Of a DNA stretch of 64,000 nt, positions 30,201 to 37,965 are shown in pieces. The stretch's first letter is position 1. The number at the start of each line of letters is the position of its first letter. This DNA is from a virus (lineage: Duplodnaviria > Heunggongvirae > Uroviricota > Caudoviricetes), in the IMG/VR virus record IMGVR_UViG_3300045996_000852, positions 1 through 64,000 of that record, one strand, 5' to 3'. Made by a program: the position numbers and the translations under genes. A model generated the notes under the pieces. It saw only the letters and a program-made list of their open reading frames with translations. It did no database searches and was not told the origin of the DNA.

Positions 30201-31893
30201 TACAACTTCTATTAAGAATCAATTTGATAGATTGAAGAAACTTGCTACTGAAGATGAAAGTTATAAGAAGTATAAGAAATTCTTTAAGAATAACTTCTTC
30301 TTAAAAAACCTTCAATTCAATACTGACTTGAATCTTGGTGTACATCTTATGGACCTTAAGGTTAAACCTACAAATGCTGATATTCTTTCCAAAGAGATGA
30401 TTACTGAAGGATTGATTGAGATGGCTGAATTAGATGTGGATAAATATCCAGAACTTGTACAGCTTTACAAATCAGTTATTTACGGTGCATATATTCAATT
30501 TGGTATCAGGTTTAGTAGGAATAGTTTCCTGAATCTTATCCCTGTAGCTCTGGATGAGAATATAGGTCTGATGGATTTAACCAAACCTGCTTTGGATAAT
30601 ATCGAGAATCAGGATTTCTCTACTCTGGATGAACAGGTACAAAGAACTTCTTGGTTCAAGAAAGGTGTAGTTCCTAAGAAACTCCAAAAGGCTGTTACAT
30701 TCTTGGTTCCAAATGGTCAAGGTCAATTCGAACTTGAACAAAGAACTACTTGGAAATATAAAGGACCAAAGACTAAGCCTACAGCTTATAATCAAATCTT
30801 CTTCGGTAGAAGAGGTGCTGATGGAGAAATTGTTCCATATATCCATCCAATATTTATTTGGGGAGGTATGGAAGGTAGTGAAACTGATTGGGAAATGATG
30901 CCTGATACAATTGCTATCCAAGCTATCAAGCCTGAATACTTATGGTATGATATTAATGAATATGGAAGAGTTGACATTAAACCTAAGAAAAAGGTTAAAC
31001 AATTAATGGATAATGGTGATTTCAAAACTCCGTTCTTCACTCAATTGTTTAAGAAGGTTGGTGTTGAAGACCCTTCATATTCCAGAAGTACTGTAACAAA
31101 AGGAAAAGAAGGAACTGCTAGTTCTGTGTTGTACTTATACAAGCCAATTAATAAATTGGGTGCTCCGAACTTTAATGAGTTCAACCCTGTTCAAAGAATG
31201 GCTGATGGTACTATTGTAGGACTGAAATCTATGTTAAATCACCCTCCTTTCCAAGAGTATGCAGATTCTCAAATTGTTACAAACATCAATGACCCTAAAG
31301 GAAGAATTGGTTTAGGTACAAAGCTTGCTTCTATTGAAGCTGTAACTCCAAAAAGAATAGCTACAGGTAAGCCTAAATTTACTCCTAAGGTTGAAGGTTC
31401 TTATAAGTGGGCTAGAACTGCTAAGAATAACTTTGAAGTATCTTCTAAAGGAACACCATTTGGTAAGAAATTCTCTGCACTCTTTGCAAAAATTCAAAGA
31501 GGTACACCAGTAGACCTTCCTACCAGACCAGAGTATGTTCTTGAAAGAGATGTAACAATTGAAGAATTATATCAAGTTGGTGTAAAAGGTCACGCTTCTA
31601 TTAATAAAGGAAAAGGTAAAGCCCCTCTCCATAAGATTTCTAAAGAGGAAACTTGGACAAGATACAAGAACCTGTGGAAGATTTGGGCTGAACAAAATAC
31701 TGAATTAATGAATAAGCTGGCTGAAGAAGCTAAAGGTAAAGTTCTTACAGATATGTTTGCTCATACTGAAGTATCTCAGGCAAGAGCTTTAGCAGAAATA
31801 CTGAATGAAATGTTCCCGGTGGAAATGACTGAGAATGAAAATACAGTATCTCCTCCTGATGTTCCATCAATCGAAATCAAATGTCAGAAATAA
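18265..31893 (+). CDS. Giant 4542-aa multidomain virion protein with a crAss-like two-barrel virion RNA polymerase domain (DFDVD catalytic motif)
   Basis: Uninterrupted 13.6-kb ORF. ...AGSDFDVDKLNTY at aa ~3377-3381 (nt 28393-28407) matches the DxDxD catalytic motif of crAss-like/phi14:2-type virion RNAPs and YonO/QDE-1-type polymerases. The N-terminal ~3300 aa include a coiled-coil region and a hyperacidic segment. Confidence 0.6.
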   Translation: MADTPYLDSSLQTGYNNSDVLALKLETQNNLDRVLNQNFNPDEVSHDFYADPEVENNISERDLAMDIIKKNPESFTDFLSHPNAAIRETAQSIVLGRTDKDPFYKNNVGGTNVMPFDKSMDKFLDKDFGYRFDRDNEDYYYRNDYMDSNWFARNLVYNPSKFLARTIVPAILKFGEGFGYIGSMIGSIGSDNYWADVADNGFSNWLSGLEEDFKNEIVPVYKQAGFDEKGFFSKLGDWSFWNDSVADGLAFMASAAIPAGGLGLLGKAGKLGKFGQAFSTTSKAGKFASKVGVGSGAELTSLAFNTGMEAATEASGVFKDAVERMENLRGAGDDRYANLTDSDIRERAGKLARNTFMGNLPVLLFSNAFENTIFFKPFKKVDGHAASLTDEFRVASKSLDNLESKGFLKSSLGSKLSRTRHYGGQALTATGMEGYWEENSQLAIQRMNTIDEQGNIGTGKGFFGQLFQQTKDATFGNDTVAAESIGLGALIGVMGSAGVSKFSGERRQAIDNTRRAIEQGKIARQRLFETNDIYERDDKGHIVFGENNEPKVSPEKLKAKAQAFEQTAQKIAAGTKDEFLNSRPVQYTSQKALADYVRSLGNIGVEGVAERMQSLNPETASLFGLDPQNVNAKVSEYASLAKSFEDTSKSVNEIKDGKKSSEESDEDFKLNNAARKGTAYRLRTDNAIINNFVSGDRGALTELVTKDRNLPEAQASDFVVDNLNSLLIKRKLNKDVMASEGYKNDMSDIEQKFHQDLDAQLADEIEKTKTNNQDALKEAKTENGYYVPSVKNPNVGRLKTQIAGYENTIAKNTYLNDLISHPETGYENYKRLSGKLLDNLEKAAKNSPQGKLEEKLKKHKLNEGDNFSDINRLVAKMVFGSNQQYSDKELQLQQNYPELIEDMLKEFEKAVETQREKLLKSRLDNLKKEQDKLVGLIYEKNFKIGEKRNEIEKLVDDLKQSIEENNEVKRVEIEALLNKLQDDIFKVEEAIEMWNTQLGKLDYEIELLEQEVKGGDFVGLMNPIEELKKEKAWVEERIEKTKGILDKLNVLIDKLIGIAKLLFGNNWNPQNLDRPYTDKVYGANFRARYNDEFVELFDRINLNRARKEQLTNYVAELESTLQAITDQIKQQSETTQSIIKETEQFFLDRYVDLTKDTTAQNELDKTDEDITNSLTGDMDAFPNGINSFDQSTSEEEVYDGATYLRPLHTKFTTTTLPEGEYESYPQDVKDFVDFTENFTSMSNKDLSKKLGKGKIKALVVTRNNVAALGLGETLLDKQKYFANENPAETHFEIIPVIEDGGFMYFIDKDLNRIGKVGEKLENTNLIRRSLRLPKFKDSESQAYLIKHTQKDLDDAVSIATKWREKTLEESAKNPKVTINFAVTRGIANKMKNEDGSQVKNSVGKTLLEEGDIQGNSVQVFAKPDQSVNGEYITMPVGRPFIYTSNGVHSQFHYADNNRLSDDQIKVVSSVLKALLKDHADKVKSVISTDKFKNNKDNKVLLERIEKVGGIENLTNEDKKQLYAAVTKKDVVKGFKLFNANYTKYLSSIIYFGAPRDEKGNKLPPKSNQVYFKGPFLQFGDGIKIDITNPELIDGEGVQAFLGIQFHNVKFFSKPNTVNGQYTEYILDKEGNLKTRNWKTYSHYLLSEKNPDGTSREVIPITTSIKTKTQYDAEANPLPSRTYNYRGLSLTMEQSPVVKKTTATENVKKEEQKKEKNKQEKKGLSSIVAQLRGLDNQSEEDEDVEEVLTEQEPEEDNGLESRLLGMLGKQKAREEGNSFPKKKAAPKSQEEEDDNIIEEESEEDVDAPPGNLTLVTDEDEEMDDEEDLTPMKKKFFRVASNSGPFRTESDLNAVVADIHRMVPQFPVSRLKEIIRTTDGVEAWGQFVDGVIKLYELAEVGTGYHEVFEAVANRLLTDTEWNALEKEFKGRKGSFIERETGKTLKFSEATSNQVKEQLAEEFRDFKLNKSEPKEKNIKFYLRMIWDFIKQLFSKSSEIKNTFSAIDQSKFATRKALTQDRFESNFRKLPELPVKIKRDLFDGATTYMFQNILLGPKSLTVLDDMSYTDQDLYEPIREQFKSQLEEYRALPKKNTKISNAIQYLDFTLNNWKRFVEAHKGSLKKYGIKFRNISEIEEDVVLEPKDDSADNKNQNDYTQDIFTLNAKKSASTSIKFLFGTMIKSKFNLEGGVNVVNNNKVGDIDYVNNEVFLPNLVNYDEYMLKALDEFNGLSDFTKIEERLKQLAGIDIFNNIQNPEAYKRAMELMSNEQAVWTSLYMRLFSDRINPEAAMKMKVRLQNYVSKHAPQPFVMLYGGGTSSIVSSIDRVFYEETQKKIEQGIMSKRGKMFKLDYQTQNYIPASNFRPMVMAEFVKENKPLGMIDLLGLSDVITPIIYNKLAGVDRIRLNQLLFKIREELLKVNTPSLTFRNLNIGNYSKELIDFMNDKLRSKQLQSQFLNADNEPQQIHVLPSFASRVLNEMNNVKTKEELFNKFPHLRQSFAKDSIVLNKLFDKNGNRNDVQVSLGYVEAIKDTDEQAGTKVEKLEFTDRYYLQFQASLQGLYYTIPADSSTEWVFNFGEFVPYSENLLTEQGDEIINTYFLPKLHSEIGVAKEGTKGLLQLEQFHNKNDKEAGRPIGKSLRFFKDILKDVAYTKNKSLLQEIYDRIDKGESANKILSSKKVSEAVREGVRSYINNQVNITEKTLEDNRLYTMSGENFVLSAVNGTFLSKYPDYFSSEEGRTRMTPTQFKSLLEYQKINSLLGSMETFKIVFGDPAQYKDFEKRAKSLLGPTEQTFEDSTGEFNKWLNETKNSAVLGDERVELNGNDWFNTEFGDHITERTVDDLEVVDINSVNSLKRIKANYAEKYEKNNETDGESAGTIGFARHLFIKSGWRWSDEHERFYQYDTALMRQELSKLPKSNPSHYDYKGNTALAELDKKIIEDYKKNPANVKLSPVKTLMAYVDPITGAQSLIKHSVYFMSYQLAKEFELLDVYVELLKGKDSLLNFKSTKKIGLAVDNNGEITSYYQNPFERTDLDAKGNPRGMVDMRTIGIQVETQGGEWGQTLGSQTTKDINLNLFEEGVPTDFLQDKSFDERYAEWNKLDEAQKMTVSANYRKVFGEEGTITTLENLKTKSSLEKLTELGVRWSYNNGQISYNIDDLTKVKDYIYDELQRLDIDDNTLDAIQLTKDLKEFENPAEVTPSYTTISNLLWAIADKSVTGMKVNGKSLIQVSSAFFNKSKGRSGAYKDAEGNWVEVKTKAEYDALPEDVKSKVVMTSSELSFYSLNEGGTEINAMEIYLPDIYIEKVNKARKAKGLKELSAEELMEYLNKNPKLLEGVGFRIPTQDTASIEFFKIKGFLPKIMGDAVVVPSALTTKAGSDFDVDKLNTYLNNFKLNKDGLPLYEEFLTDENSTVEQRYTNTFGKRRKLLQTVEQYLLKTYEKEILNNSTRASVDKLHKAIFKQLDDVSFYSEEEIEEVLSESQFRNTTYKELLKGVRDEIKTSPTLEQFKQFPLFLQNTRGAVENMYFQAIRNVLKSPEMLEALLHPISTQHIKDNKLAVQAAKEGISVEELKKKEKNKEIRYDNFLSTEFIADKRNQFAKGKNDIAIFAIAMTNFANSQVTGLGIAEIDAVDPYDMMVFEDVNQGMIDLPFDEIPVHFVNGVKFIPISKLKDSDGRFTMSKISAYISGAVDVAKEPDIIEMGMHSELAGVYMLLERMGLSGEMTSLFLYQPAIRDYLKELLFRDNKTYFGYSPFKNKKEMIEELLLKYFANKPYNPNYRFTKDELVKLIAKGELVKQGKATFSAEENHAQFIALANFLKLKIFSDHLLKTIMATNHDTSSIRSSHVLTKKELQLDAAKRGNLIVQMKGEEIINGAEAIINTTAIKTDKQLLNMFDSVMSDINLFALRKHNPRTALRTIAARVFSQNPYISNDDFIAVMKQYEVTLLDSIVNKVEIPGINENDEETYNALYKFSKQYFHVDSTTSIKNQFDRLKKLATEDESYKKYKKFFKNNFFLKNLQFNTDLNLGVHLMDLKVKPTNADILSKEMITEGLIEMAELDVDKYPELVQLYKSVIYGAYIQFGIRFSRNSFLNLIPVALDENIGLMDLTKPALDNIENQDFSTLDEQVQRTSWFKKGVVPKKLQKAVTFLVPNGQGQFELEQRTTWKYKGPKTKPTAYNQIFFGRRGADGEIVPYIHPIFIWGGMEGSETDWEMMPDTIAIQAIKPEYLWYDINEYGRVDIKPKKKVKQLMDNGDFKTPFFTQLFKKVGVEDPSYSRSTVTKGKEGTASSVLYLYKPINKLGAPNFNEFNPVQRMADGTIVGLKSMLNHPPFQEYADSQIVTNINDPKGRIGLGTKLASIEAVTPKRIATGKPKFTPKVEGSYKWARTAKNNFEVSSKGTPFGKKFSALFAKIQRGTPVDLPTRPEYVLERDVTIEELYQVGVKGHASINKGKGKAPLHKISKEETWTRYKNLWKIWAEQNTELMNKLAEEAKGKVLTDMFAHTEVSQARALAEILNEMFPVEMTENENTVSPPDVPSIEIKCQK

Positions 31894-31952
31894 CTTTAAA
31901 TATTATTTCTACTAACTAACTATATTTCTTATATTTACAATATTTTTCTACA

Positions 31953-34900
31953 ATGAGTTGTCCCGTTAATTCAGAAACTATAAAAAATGGAATTTTCCAA
32001 TATGCTGAGAACCAGCTAGAGCAGAGCACCTTCTTCGAAAGAGAGGGTGACCTGTTTCTAATTAAGGACGAAGATTCTGATTACCAATCCGTTATTGATG
32101 GGATAAATATATCCTTTGGAGAAACATTGGTAATGAAGCTCATGTATCAACCTTATGTTGCTATACTTGAACCTTCTGCTGCCCTGATAATCAAATATCT
32201 TAAAGCAGCCAATCAATCCACTCCTGACGTTAATAATTCCATAAATGATGAGTTTGATAAGTTATATCAATCTGCAACTCCTGTAGATACTATATCTCCA
32301 ACTCTTTCATCTAAGGCAGGATTAATCACAAAGAACAAGGTTCTTCACTGGTTGGATACTATTGGATTTAAAAACATTAAGAATGTTGCAAACTTGACTT
32401 ACAATGGTCAAGTTCTTCCCGGCAGAGCATATATTGATTTTGCTGCATCTATAATGCAGATAGTAGAAGGCCAAGAAGATTTCACATTGCCTGAAGAAGC
32501 AATGACAATCTTCCTTCAGCTTATCAAACAATCAAGACCTGAATTGTACAGTGCAATGATGAGAGATATTACATCTTACAAGATTTATGGTGAAGTATTA
32601 ACTGACCCTGCTTATAAGAATAATCCCTTTTATCAATATACTGAAGCTCAAGGTGGAGGTATTAACTACGATAAAATTAAAGAAGAAGCAATCACCAAAT
32701 TACTTGCTGAATACGTTATTAACAAGTTTGAAGGAACAGAAGAGTCAGCTAAGAAATTAGAGACTGCTAAATCTTGGTTCAAAGCTTTAATTGATTGGAT
32801 TAGATTCAAGTTTGGTCAATACAAGAATCCTTTTGAACAAACCCTGAAGGAAATTAATCAAGACCCTAAGAAATTCGGTGAGTATACTGACATTAATAGT
32901 GATGAGCTATTCTTGTCTGCTAAACCATTGGACCAAGTTGATAATGAGAATCCTGATAATAAATCTGTTTGGGAAAAAATCAAGAATCAAGCTGCCTCTT
33001 TAGGTATTCATAAAATAGGTCCAGACTATTATGATAAGAATGGTAATAAGGTTTCTGAAACTCAAAGGGTATCAGACCTAAAGACTCAATATTATAAAAA
33101 ACGTTTTGGTAAGCAAAGTCTTGACCCTACTCAAAGAGAGTTCTATGATAAGATTGCTGAGGATGGTACTTTAATCCACGCAATGATTGAGGATATTATC
33201 AATGCTTATGTAGACCCATCTACAGGTTTAATTAAGAAGAATCCTGCTGAGTTTGAAACTGATCTTAATAATCCTGTTCATAAAAAGATATTTAATAAGT
33301 TACATAAGTTCATGAAGGACATGTTAACTGACTATGAAAAACAACATGGTCAAGGTACTAGGATTCTTACTGAGCAAATTGTATTTGATGAGAATGCAAT
33401 CAATGAGGACAAGAGTAGAGGTCGTTATGGTACGATTGACTTTTTAGCTGTTCTACCAGATGGTTCAATAGATATTCTTGACTGGAAATCTACATTATTC
33501 AAAGAACTTGAAGATGTGAAAGATTACAAAAAGGAAGGCTACTTCGTTCAGTTGAATGAATATAAAAGGATGTTACAAACTTCTTACGATGTCAAAAGCT
33601 TCGGGAAGATAAGAGCTATTCCTATTAACCAACATCACAAGAAGATTGAAGGTACTGATAAAACTGAATTAAGAGATATTGGTATTGGTGAAGCCGATGC
33701 ATCTAAAATCTCTAAGGATGATAAAAGGTTAAGACCAATCATCTCTCCTGAAGAAAGAACTGGTTCTGAAACCAGAGATGCCTTAGTTGAAAAACTTGAG
33801 CAATACTATAAGAGATATATTAATAGGGGATACTTTAAAGATAATAGAGATATTCTTGAAGATGTTCAAGAGGCTATTTATGAAATCAGAACTGCCAATA
33901 CAGTAGATAATCTTTCTGAATATCTGTTGGACCTGACTATCAAATTTAAAAAACTTCTTGATGATAATCAAGAAATTGAGAAATTATCTAAGGATGATAT
34001 TTCTGATATTTTAGCTAGTATTCAAGTCTTTAGAGAAACTGCTACGGACCTTTTTGAAACTTCTATTGCTTTGGCTGAAGATGAAACAATCAGTCAAGAA
34101 AGTAGAATCAGATTGGTTAATGTAGCTGAGAGAATGAATTACTTCAAACTGAAGGGTAATAAACTTGAGGAGAAACTGCTAAACAAACAGGCTAAGGATG
34201 AGAATGTATTTAATCTATTGAAGCCGGAAAAAGTGGTTCACTTCTTCCAAAGAACATTCAGGGCTATGGGTTCTCTTCCTGTAGCATCTGTAAGATTGAT
34301 GTATGAGCTTGTTAAAAAGTCATATAATAAAATAAACATATCTCTGGATACTGACATTAGAAAGTTGAAAGACCTAAAATTCAATTACGAAGAGTGGAGA
34401 AAGGCTAATAACCTTTCAGACTTAGAAGCATTGAAGAAACTTGTAAACTTTGAAAAGGGTGGTCTTCATGGTAAAATTGATAAGGCTTTCTACGAAGAAA
34501 GAAAAAGAGTATTCGATAGTAAGGATGGTAAGTTGATTAAAAAGTTCGTAGAAGAAAATTATGATCTGGAAGCTTACGAGGCTGACTATAAAAAGAAGTT
34601 AAAGGAGAACATCGAGCTTTGGGGTAATCGTGATTTTGAAAATGAAGATGAGAAGAAAGCATATGTTAAATATAGAACTTTAGAGTTTAAAAAGAAATGG
34701 GATTTGAAGAGTAGTCCTGTTACTGCTTTTGGTGACCATAATAAACTTATTTGGAGTAGAGGTATTAAAGAAGAGAATTGGTTGTCAAAAGAATACCAAG
34801 AGATTGAAAAATCCCCGGCTCTAAAAGAAATATATGGATTCTTTATTGAGAAGAATAAACAACTTGCTGAAACAGGTGCTATTGAAGAGTGGGAAATATA

Positions 34901-36986
34901 TACATTCTTCCCTAATGTAAGAAAATCATTTGCTGATATTGTGACTCTGGAAGATAAGAATATTATCAAGAAGAGTGGTGAAGTATTGTATAATATATAC
35001 GATGACTTCAGACAATCAATGACTGTATCGGATTATGAATTAAACTTCCAAGGTGCAGTAAGTGAAACTGGTGAAAAGCTGGATAAGAGATTCGTTCCTT
35101 ATATTTCCAAATTGAAAACCGAGGAGAAGTCTTTTGACATCTTTAAGGTATATGGATTAATGTCCAAAGAAATTCATAAGGAAAGATACCTTCAGGAGAA
35201 TGATACTATCCTAAGATCATTGTCTTATTTCGAACAACATAAGAAAACATTAGAACAAAATAAATATGGTGTTCTAAATAAGCAAGGTGAAAAATATAAA
35301 GAGTCTCAAGAGGGAGGTGCAAACTTCAAAGCTTACGAAATGCACTACAAGGCTATTGTACTTGGAGAAGCTCTTCAGATTGAGAATGATTTTGTATTCT
35401 CCCCAAGGGTAAGAGAGAAATGGAATAATAGTCCATTAGGTAAGTTATATAAGTTCGATACAGAGAAGGAGTATGACCCAACGAATATCTCCGCTACTAA
35501 GTTCATCTTCTGGTTAAATAATCTTAACACTAAGAGGATTCTAGGTTTCAATGCTGGTTCTGTAATATCCAACTTATTTGGTGGTGCATATTCTGCAAAT
35601 AGATTATTCGAGAAATATACTTCAAAGGATGATATTAATAAAGCATGGTTGAAACTTTCTTCCGGTGCGTTTTGGGCTACAGAAGAAATGAAGAAAAATG
35701 CAGCATTGGCTGATTACTTCTTACCTCTTCTGGATAATAAAGAACGTGATAGGATAACTCAACTTTCTGTTAGTGAAGCATCAGCTAGACTTTCAGGAGA
35801 ATGGTTGATGGCTCCTATGAGAAAAACTTCTGAGATAGTTCAATTAAATATCTTCTTTGCTATTCTTGAAAACACAGGTATTGTGGAAGGTAAGATTGTT
35901 AATCTTAGAGAGAAAGCTGCTGAGGATTCTGGATATTATGAAAGATTCTCCAAGTCTCCTGAAGAAAGAAAAACTATTGAAAAAGACTTCAAAGATAAAA
36001 TAGTAAAATATAAGAAGGACTTCGGTCTTGCAAAACAAGCTCAGTTCAAGACTATTAAAGAAGCAGGAAAAGATAAAGTTATAATTGAAATTCCGGGTAT
36101 TGATAGGAATTCTAAAGATGTAGAAAATCTAAGAGAAATTGTTAGAACTATGTCAAAAGATGCATTGGGTGAAGCTGATGAGTTTGACATGATGGGATAT
36201 AAATACTCCCTTACTGGTAGATTATTAATGACTTTCAAGAACTGGATTCCCAAAACAATTGATGTTAGATGGGGTGAATTCAGATATGACCAAGCTCACC
36301 ATGCTTATGAGTATGGTAGATTCAGAATGTTTGCTAGGTCATTGAGTGCCAATTACATGAATGCCCTATTAAGGGTTCTTCCTTTCTCAAGTAAAATCAT
36401 GGGAAAAGAATCTCTGGTAAGTAAGGCAAGACAAATCTATACAGAAAAGATGAGGGAAGCTCAGGAGCTAGGTCTTTACGATGAAAAAACATTCATCAAG
36501 GAAGGAGAGTTCGTTGAGAGATTCATCAAGGGTGTGGAAACAACCTACACTGAATTTAGAATGGCTGCTGGTTTACTATTCTTCTTAATGTGGGGTATAG
36601 CTGCACCAGATGCCGATGATGATAAAGAAACAAAAGCTTACAAAGCATTATTAAGAAGACAGATAGAAAAGTTAATGGATGAGATTACTTTCTTCTATTC
36701 TCCAAAATCAGGTGTTGACATATTAGGTACATCAGCACCAATCACTTCAATTGTCAAGGATAGTTACAAGTTAGCCAGCGATGCTACACAGCAGTTCTTT
36801 GGTTTTACTCTGAGTACTCTTGGTGCTGAAGATATGGGAGATGAAATGCAGGATAAGGCAAAACCTGTGAAGAGATTTTTTAAAGTAGTACCTGTATTAA
36901 AAGAAGTTTTAACATATCTGCCAGCTTTAGACCCGGACTTAGCAGAAGAATGGGGAGTGAAGCCAGTGCAGAGGATTAATTTTTAA
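31953..36986 (+). CDS. Large Lys/Glu-rich alpha-helical virion protein, 1677 aa (ejection/cargo or tape-measure-like)
   Basis: Long ORF, highly charged composition, hydrophobic segments near the C-terminus (AAGLLFFLMWGIAAP). Sits between the RNAP-containing giant ORF and the tail-fibre genes. Confidence 0.5.
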   Translation: MSCPVNSETIKNGIFQYAENQLEQSTFFEREGDLFLIKDEDSDYQSVIDGINISFGETLVMKLMYQPYVAILEPSAALIIKYLKAANQSTPDVNNSINDEFDKLYQSATPVDTISPTLSSKAGLITKNKVLHWLDTIGFKNIKNVANLTYNGQVLPGRAYIDFAASIMQIVEGQEDFTLPEEAMTIFLQLIKQSRPELYSAMMRDITSYKIYGEVLTDPAYKNNPFYQYTEAQGGGINYDKIKEEAITKLLAEYVINKFEGTEESAKKLETAKSWFKALIDWIRFKFGQYKNPFEQTLKEINQDPKKFGEYTDINSDELFLSAKPLDQVDNENPDNKSVWEKIKNQAASLGIHKIGPDYYDKNGNKVSETQRVSDLKTQYYKKRFGKQSLDPTQREFYDKIAEDGTLIHAMIEDIINAYVDPSTGLIKKNPAEFETDLNNPVHKKIFNKLHKFMKDMLTDYEKQHGQGTRILTEQIVFDENAINEDKSRGRYGTIDFLAVLPDGSIDILDWKSTLFKELEDVKDYKKEGYFVQLNEYKRMLQTSYDVKSFGKIRAIPINQHHKKIEGTDKTELRDIGIGEADASKISKDDKRLRPIISPEERTGSETRDALVEKLEQYYKRYINRGYFKDNRDILEDVQEAIYEIRTANTVDNLSEYLLDLTIKFKKLLDDNQEIEKLSKDDISDILASIQVFRETATDLFETSIALAEDETISQESRIRLVNVAERMNYFKLKGNKLEEKLLNKQAKDENVFNLLKPEKVVHFFQRTFRAMGSLPVASVRLMYELVKKSYNKINISLDTDIRKLKDLKFNYEEWRKANNLSDLEALKKLVNFEKGGLHGKIDKAFYEERKRVFDSKDGKLIKKFVEENYDLEAYEADYKKKLKENIELWGNRDFENEDEKKAYVKYRTLEFKKKWDLKSSPVTAFGDHNKLIWSRGIKEENWLSKEYQEIEKSPALKEIYGFFIEKNKQLAETGAIEEWEIYTFFPNVRKSFADIVTLEDKNIIKKSGEVLYNIYDDFRQSMTVSDYELNFQGAVSETGEKLDKRFVPYISKLKTEEKSFDIFKVYGLMSKEIHKERYLQENDTILRSLSYFEQHKKTLEQNKYGVLNKQGEKYKESQEGGANFKAYEMHYKAIVLGEALQIENDFVFSPRVREKWNNSPLGKLYKFDTEKEYDPTNISATKFIFWLNNLNTKRILGFNAGSVISNLFGGAYSANRLFEKYTSKDDINKAWLKLSSGAFWATEEMKKNAALADYFLPLLDNKERDRITQLSVSEASARLSGEWLMAPMRKTSEIVQLNIFFAILENTGIVEGKIVNLREKAAEDSGYYERFSKSPEERKTIEKDFKDKIVKYKKDFGLAKQAQFKTIKEAGKDKVIIEIPGIDRNSKDVENLREIVRTMSKDALGEADEFDMMGYKYSLTGRLLMTFKNWIPKTIDVRWGEFRYDQAHHAYEYGRFRMFARSLSANYMNALLRVLPFSSKIMGKESLVSKARQIYTEKMREAQELGLYDEKTFIKEGEFVERFIKGVETTYTEFRMAAGLLFFLMWGIAAPDADDDKETKAYKALLRRQIEKLMDEITFFYSPKSGVDILGTSAPITSIVKDSYKLASDATQQFFGFTLSTLGAEDMGDEMQDKAKPVKRFFKVVPVLKEVLTYLPALDPDLAEEWGVKPVQRINF

Positions 36987-36989
36987 AGA

Positions 36990-37229
36990 ATGGCAAATAT
37001 CCAATTACCGACAGGAAAGACTATTAACATTCCTATTGCTCAATTTCTCTTCGGAATCCAAGATGATGAAGTGGATTTGTTCTTTCAGAATTGTATTGCA
37101 GATGACTTAGGAAGTCATGTGGAAAACCCTTTTGCAAACAGTTCATCCAGAGGGATTGTTCAAGTCGAGGATGAACCTGAGATTGAAGAAGCCCCATTGG
37201 ACGAGATTGAATTAAAAGAAGGGGATTAG
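36990..37229 (+). CDS. Small acidic protein, 79 aa
   Basis: ORF with acidic C-terminus (VEDEPEIEEAPLDEIELKEGD). Confidence 0.4.
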   Translation: MANIQLPTGKTINIPIAQFLFGIQDDEVDLFFQNCIADDLGSHVENPFANSSSRGIVQVEDEPEIEEAPLDEIELKEGD

Positions 37230-37230
37230 C

Positions 37231-37257
37231 TATATTGTCATATTTGTAATAGCTCCA
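37231..37257 (+). promoter_or_regulatory. 7-bp inverted repeat TAGCTAT-N13-ATAGCTA enclosing a weak promoter-like box (catatttg)
   Basis: tagctatattgtcatatttgtaatagcta, 50 nt upstream of ATG37308. Confidence 0.25.
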
Positions 37258-37307
37258 CTACTTAAATTTTGCAGTGTGGGGCTATTTAGGTATTATATTA
37301 TAAGGAA

Positions 37308-37961
37308 ATGTCTGACCCAAAAAAGTACATAGTTGTTAAAGGAAAAGATGGTCCAAAGCCTACTATATCGGATATAGCGAGTGATTGTGACTTGGGGCTT
37401 TGTGTTCAAACAAAGCAAGGTGAGTCATTGGCTTCAATTCTAAGGAAACTATGTAAAGAAATTGTTAAGAAAAGTGATGGTACTCATCTTAAAGCTGGTG
37501 ATAATGTTACCGTAACAGGTACAGGAACTAAAGATGACCCTTATGTAATAAGTGCAGCTATTAGTGGTAGTGGTGTAGGACTTACTTCAGTAGGTCTTGA
37601 AATGCCGGAAGGATTCACAGTAGAAAATGAACCATTGACTTCTAATGGGACTATTGTAGTTAAAACTCCTCTGGATGGTATTATAAAAGGTGATGGTTCT
37701 GGATTTGGAGTTATTATTCTAGGGGAAGGTTTAGACTTCGATGGTACAACCCTTTTCCTAAAAGAAACTACATATACTCACGTACAGGCTGTTGCTACAA
37801 ACCTATGGATAATTAATCATAATCTAGGTAAGAAACATTGTCTGGTTGAAGTTATAATAAATGACAATCAGGTGTTTACCGAGATAGAATATATAAATGA
37901 TAATCAATTAAAAGTAAGATTCACGAACAACCAAGTTGGGACTGTAATCTGTAAAACATAA
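37308..37961 (+). CDS. Tail-associated protein, 217 aa (fibre/baseplate module, inferred from position)
   Basis: Directly precedes the tail-fibre genes; Gly/Thr-rich; TGTGTKDDPYVISAAISGSGVGLTSVGL. Confidence 0.45.
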   Translation: MSDPKKYIVVKGKDGPKPTISDIASDCDLGLCVQTKQGESLASILRKLCKEIVKKSDGTHLKAGDNVTVTGTGTKDDPYVISAAISGSGVGLTSVGLEMPEGFTVENEPLTSNGTIVVKTPLDGIIKGDGSGFGVIILGEGLDFDGTTLFLKETTYTHVQAVATNLWIINHNLGKKHCLVEVIINDNQVFTEIEYINDNQLKVRFTNNQVGTVICKT

Positions 37962-37965
37962 TACT

